Positions 59,385 through 64,000 of a DNA stretch of 64,000 nt are shown piece by piece. The stretch comes from Sphyrna mokarran. Its lineage: Eukaryota. The DNA lies in assembly GCA_024679065.1 (NCBI GenBank), contig JAGIQG010000004.1, positions 90,396,001-90,460,000 on the forward strand, written 5' to 3'. The notes beneath the pieces are model-generated. The model ran no database searches. It worked only from the letters and a program-made list of their open reading frames with translations, and was not told the origin of the DNA. How positions within the stretch are numbered: position 1 is the first letter of the stretch; every line of letters begins with the position of its first letter. A program made the translations under genes and the position numbers.

Positions 59385-60545
59385 TCATAGAGTCATAGAA
59401 GTTTACAGGCTCTTTGGCTCAACTTGTCCATGCCACTTCTTACTTTAACCACTAAGCTAGTCCCAATTGTCCGCGTTTGGTCCATATCCCTCTGCACCTA
59501 TCTGACTCATATAACTGTCTAAACTCTTTTTAAAAGATGAAATAATACTTGTCCCCACTATTACCTCTGGCAGCTTGTTCCACACACTCATTACCCTCTG
59601 TGTGAAATAATTGCTCATCTGGACACTTTTGTATCTCTCCCCTCTCACCTTAAACTTTAGACTCACTTACATTTGGGAAAAGAAATTGACTATCTAGCTG
59701 ATCTATACCCCTCATTATTTTATAACCTCTATAAGATCATTCCTAAGCCTCCTACGCTCCACAGAAAAAAGATCCAATTTATCCAGTCTCTCCTTATAAC
59801 TCAAACCATTATATCCTGGTAGCATCCTAGTAAATTTTTCCTGCATTTTTTCTAGTTTAATAATATCCTTTCTATAATAGGGGATCAGAACTGTACACAG
59901 TATTCTAAGTGTGCCTTACCGATGTCTTATACAACTTTAAAAAGGTGTCCCACCTTCTATACTCAATGTTCTGATCAATCAAACCAAGCATGCCAAATGC
60001 CTTCTTCATTACTCTGTCCACCTGTGACTTCACATGAATCTGTATTCCTAAATCTTTATGTTCTATAACTCTCCCCAACACCCCATCATAAACTGAGGAA
60101 ATTCTGCTCTGATTCAGTCTACCAAAATGCACTGCCTTGCATTTATCTAAATTAAACTCCACCTTCCATTCATCAGCCCACCAGCCTAATTGATCAAGAT
60201 CCCTTTGCAATCCTAGATAACCTTCTTCATTGTCCACTATGCCACCAATCTTGGTGTCATCTGCAAACTTACTAACCATGCCGTCTAAATTATCATCCAA
60301 ATCATTAATATAATGACAAATAACCATGGATCCAGTACTGATCCCTGAGGCACATGCTGATCACAGGCCTCCAGTTTGAAAAACAACCCTCTAGAACTGC
60401 CATCTATCTTCTGTCGTAAGCGAATTTTGCATCCAGTTGGCTATGTCACCCTGGATCCCATGTAACAACTTATTATGGCATCTTGTCAAAGGCCTTGCTA
60501 AAGTCCATGTAGACAATATCAACTGCACTGCCTTCATCTACCCAT
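59385..60545 (-). mobile_element. CR1 (HER1-like) LINE, RT C-terminal half to 3' tail
   Basis: ORF 59905-60327 reads YINDLDDNLDGMVSKFADDTKIGG...LQRDLDQL..WA..W..EFN..KC. ORF 59457-59666 reads FTQRVMSVWNKLP. Tail revcomp GTCATAGAGTCATAGAAG. Confidence 0.93.
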
Positions 60546-61204
60546 TTGATAATTTGAGTTACAACTGAAGCTGGATAGACTGTGACTTTTTCCCTTAGAA
60601 TGTATGCTAATGCATGAGACAATAATAAATCAAATCAAATCAAATCAAACATTTGCTTGCTCCTGTTGGGTTAGCCAAATATAATAACTAATCCTTGCTG
60701 ATTTTCCTTTATTTAACTGAGACCTCTCCAAATGCCAGCTGGTCTTTATCTAAAAATCTAAAAGCATTGATGTTAAACTGCTTTCCAATTTGAAAAGAAA
60801 CAAGTCTCAGGATTCCATCACAGAATGGTAAATATCCAGTTTGGACAGATGGTGGATTGAATATGAAGGGTTTTCAAAGTGCACTATATTATTGATACAG
60901 CTGCAGCCTCAGCTCCAGACTGATCTTTCCTCCTATCCTCTAACTCTGTTTAGGAGGTATGCCAGTCTCACTCTCCCACTTTCTGTAGAATGGTCACTTA
61001 GATCCAAAGCATTGACTCTGTTTCTCTTCACAGCTGCTGACAGCCCTGCTGAGTTTACCCAGCAAGGATTGTCCCTATTTCACTTACCCAGCTGTTTTGT
61101 CAATCTGTCTGAAATCTTTGTTGTACGGGTTTTCTGTCCTCTAGTACTGCCATTGTCCAGTTGAGCAGCAGCAGATTTTAAATCATGGTTCTGCACCAGC
61201 GACA

Positions 61205-61557
61205 TGACGGCCTGGTGGGATTATTGCTCGACTAATAATCCAGAAAGTCAGCTAATTTGTGGGGACCCTGGCTGGAATCCCACTACAGCAAATGTTGGAA
61301 TTTGAATTCAAAAATCTGGGATTAAGAATGTACCGATGACCATGAAACCATTGTTGATTGTTGGGAAAACCCATCTGGTGCATTAATGTCTTCTAGGTAA
61401 GGAAATCTGCTGTCCTTACCTGGTCTGGCCTACCTGTGACTCCATAGCCACAGTAATGAAGTTGATTCTTAACTGTCCTCCAAGGGCAATTAGGGATGGG
61501 CAAATAATGATGGCCACCCAGCAACGCCGTGTCCCACAAATGAATAATAAAAAAAAG
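61205..61557 (+). mobile_element. Full-length tRNA-derived SINE with LINE-derived 3' tail
   Basis: Head ...GACTAATAATCCAG...GGAATCCCAC, body GATGACCATGAAACCATTG...AAGGAAATCTGC, tail CAAGGGCAATTAGGGATGGGCAA...poly(A). Other copies at 9959, 36993 and a head at about 39690. Confidence 0.8.
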
Positions 61558-62321
61558 ACCTATTCATACCCTTCTGGCATTATCAAGCATCCTTCCATTC
61601 CTTAGTCATTCGCCTGTTATCCCCACTGAATGTTCCCCATTCCTACTCTCTGCTTTCCTCTTCAAGGGATTTTGGGTTCATCTCTTCAGTGTCTTACTCT
61701 CCCCGCCCCAGTGCACTATCTTCTCTGGCCTCTGCTCAGGTGCTGCTCACTCTTTTTACAGAGCCTGTCTATTCCCTGTTGTTTGAATGCCCCTGTTGCA
61801 TTCACAGGATTAGTGCTGTATCCTGAAACCAGGCAGAAGTCCACCGTCTGAGTGTCAGTGGACCCATGGTTACAATCACACTGTAAGAACATTCGGTGCT
61901 GAAGGTCAGTTCTGGAATGTTCCAGCCCACTTTAAACAGTGATTATATTTTGATCTTGGGATCAGCCTCTTTCCTGTTTGTATACAATTGAGGAATAAAG
62001 CATTTCTGGGAAAATGTTATTTTTAAATGTTTGATTGTTTTAACCTGGCACGTTTTAACTTCCCTGTATAGAGGAAATATAGTGGGAGGCAGGACACAAA
62101 ATGGAAAAATCTGACATGCAGATTGAGAATGAATGAGTGGTGTGGAGCACAGCCTGGGAAAACTTCCAGATCCCAAGCTGCCTTGGGCCATTCCATTGGA
62201 GAAACTAAGATTTTTATCTTCCTGAAAAAGTATTTCACAAATGATTTTCGTGGAGGAGTTGAGGGAGGAGAGGAGAAAATCCCCAAGAACTTTGTTTTGA
62301 ATTTCTTTAACTTTAAAAAAA

Positions 62322-62495
62322 ATTTTATTCATTCATGAGATTTGGCCATCACTGACAAGGACAGTATTTGTCGTCCATCCCTAATTACCCTCAAGAAGGA
62401 GGAAGCGGGTTAGTTTTTTGAATTGCTTTAGCCTGTGCAGTGAAGGGACAGCTGCTGTGCTATACACTAGAAAGTTCCAGCATTTGGACCCAGTG
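62322..62495 (-). mobile_element. 3' end of the CR1/L2-group LINE family seen at 20420
   Basis: TTTTATTCATTCATGAGA...CCATCCCTAATTACCCTCAAGAAGG...GTTCCAGCATTTGGACCCAGTG is the revcomp of the 20995-21130 region. Confidence 0.65.
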
Positions 62496-62739
62496 TTTGG
62501 GTATGAAAGTTAGGATTTATGTCATTTCTGTGCTGGTTCACATACAGATGTGATGCTTCCACTCTATTTCTATGATAGCAGTACAGGCTGAATGGATTCC
62601 TGACTACTTCGTGCTGCAGTCTGGCTCTGTGTTCAGCAGGAGGACCAAACAGCATAGTTCCGATTTCATATGGTGAAACCGATCTGTCTTTCTTAAAGTC
62701 TTGAAGATTGGTAGCACTGAGTAATGTTGCTGAAATTTA

Positions 62740-63300
62740 AACAACACAAAATGGAACACTAGAACAGAGGATGGGCTCCAGATGTGGTTATGGTAATGAG
62801 CAGGTAGCCTGGGAAGTTAACTCCTGGAATGTGGACCCAAGGACCTGACAGCAGTGCCACTAGAAATATAATGACCTCACATGTGGATGGTCAAGGTTGG
62901 TTCAAGAGATTCACATGACATCTACCGACCAACATCTTATGTTTCTCAATGCACTACATCTGTAGCACCAACCCAGCAGTACCCTGACAAGCAAACTATC
63001 GTCTAACCATTCACATGTTCCATCTCACTCTCACATACTTACCAATACTGCCAACATGTACCCACTGCCCATTGCTTCCTCATAACGGCAGCTGTAGCAT
63101 GCACATCATCAAATCAATGAGCCACACTATCAATGATATTCTGTTTTCTCTATTGCAGGTAGTACACAGTAGAATGGAGGGTAACAGAACCAGACAGAGG
63201 AGGGTGGGGAAGAGGAGGGAAGGGAGTGCATCTCCTGAAGATATGGCTCTCAGCATCACAGGATAGGCTGTGTATAGGCCCATGTCATTCAGCATCACTA
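62740..63300 (+). pseudogene. Harbinger Myb/SANT gene relic (exon 1 end, intron, exon 2)
   Basis: EQVAWEVNSWNVDPRT*QQCH*KYNDLT, then a C/A-rich intron and acceptor TTCTCTATTGCAG (63158) followed by VVHSRMEGNRT. Confidence 0.7.
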
Positions 63301-63593
63301 AGTACACTGAAGTAAATGTTGTCCTCCTGCCTCATACAGCTTCCCAATTCCCAACATCTCTTTCTTTAGCATAAGGAACAAGTCACTGATGATGTGAACA
63401 TATGATAATCCAACCATGCACCATTCCTTCCTTTCTAATTTAGTGCTTCCCAAAACCCAAGACATCAAGCCCAAGAAAGAAGAGAGAGGAGAGCAACGGT
63501 ACAGTACTAATGAAGTACCGATTACTTTCATTAGTAATCGGTCCCATCATTTAATCTCACACTCTCAGATTCTGCACTTACTTGGAGGCTAGC

Positions 63594-64000
63594 ATTGATT
63601 TGATTTTATGTATTATTGTCACATATATTAGTATACAGTGAAAAGTATTGTTTCTTGTGCGCTATATAAAGCATACCATTTGTAGAGAAAGAAACAAGAT
63701 AGTACAGAATGTAGTGTTACAGTCATAGCTGGAGTGCAAGGTAACTCCATTCAAAAGTTGGACAGCAGCAGAGAAGAAGCTGTTTGAGAGTCAGTTGGTA
63801 CATGACCTCAGACTTTTGTATTGTTTTCCTGATATAGGAAGTGGAAAAGAGAATGTCTGGAGTGCATGGGGTCCTTAATTATGCTGGCTGCTTTGCTGAG
63901 GCAGCGGGAAGTGTAGACAGAGTTAATGGATGGAAGGCTGGTTTGCATGATTGATTGGGCTACATTCATGACCTTTTGTAGTTTCTTGTGATCTTGGGCA
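63594..64000 (-). mobile_element. Rex1/Babar-type LINE 3' end (runs off the window)
   Basis: Minus strand reads KVMNVAQSIMQTSLPSINSVYTSRCLSKAASIIKDPMH...NSFFSAAV, with an AAATC-repeat tail. The same tail occurs at 8840-8914 (-) and 60620-60649 (+). Confidence 0.85.

Overview
Eukaryotic, repeat-dense, apparently intronic or intergenic DNA from a cartilaginous fish, most likely a carcharhiniform shark. The HE1-type V-SINEs closely resemble the Mustelus HE1 as I recall it. No intact host protein-coding exon could be supported, and nearly all listed ORFs are chance frames or pieces of decayed transposons. Retroelements present: many HE1/V-SINEs, Deu-domain and other tRNA-derived SINEs, CR1-type, RTE and Rex1/Babar LINE fragments, and one decayed Gypsy element with gag-PR-RT-RH-IN, PPT and a probable 3' LTR. 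The window also carries a heavy load of PIF/Harbinger DNA transposons: five relics of the Myb/SANT gene, three of them with HARBI1-like transposase pieces, plus roughly ten MITEs. The most notable items are Penelope-like insertions built as palindromes with 11-14 bp target-site duplications and minimal hammerhead ribozyme cores. The largest is an 839-bp hairpin with one intact ribozyme core and an apparent arm-to-arm conversion tract. There is also a frameshifted Ig-like (PDGFR D5-like) relic near the window start. All family assignments come from motif recognition by eye, not database searches, and most boundaries are approximate.
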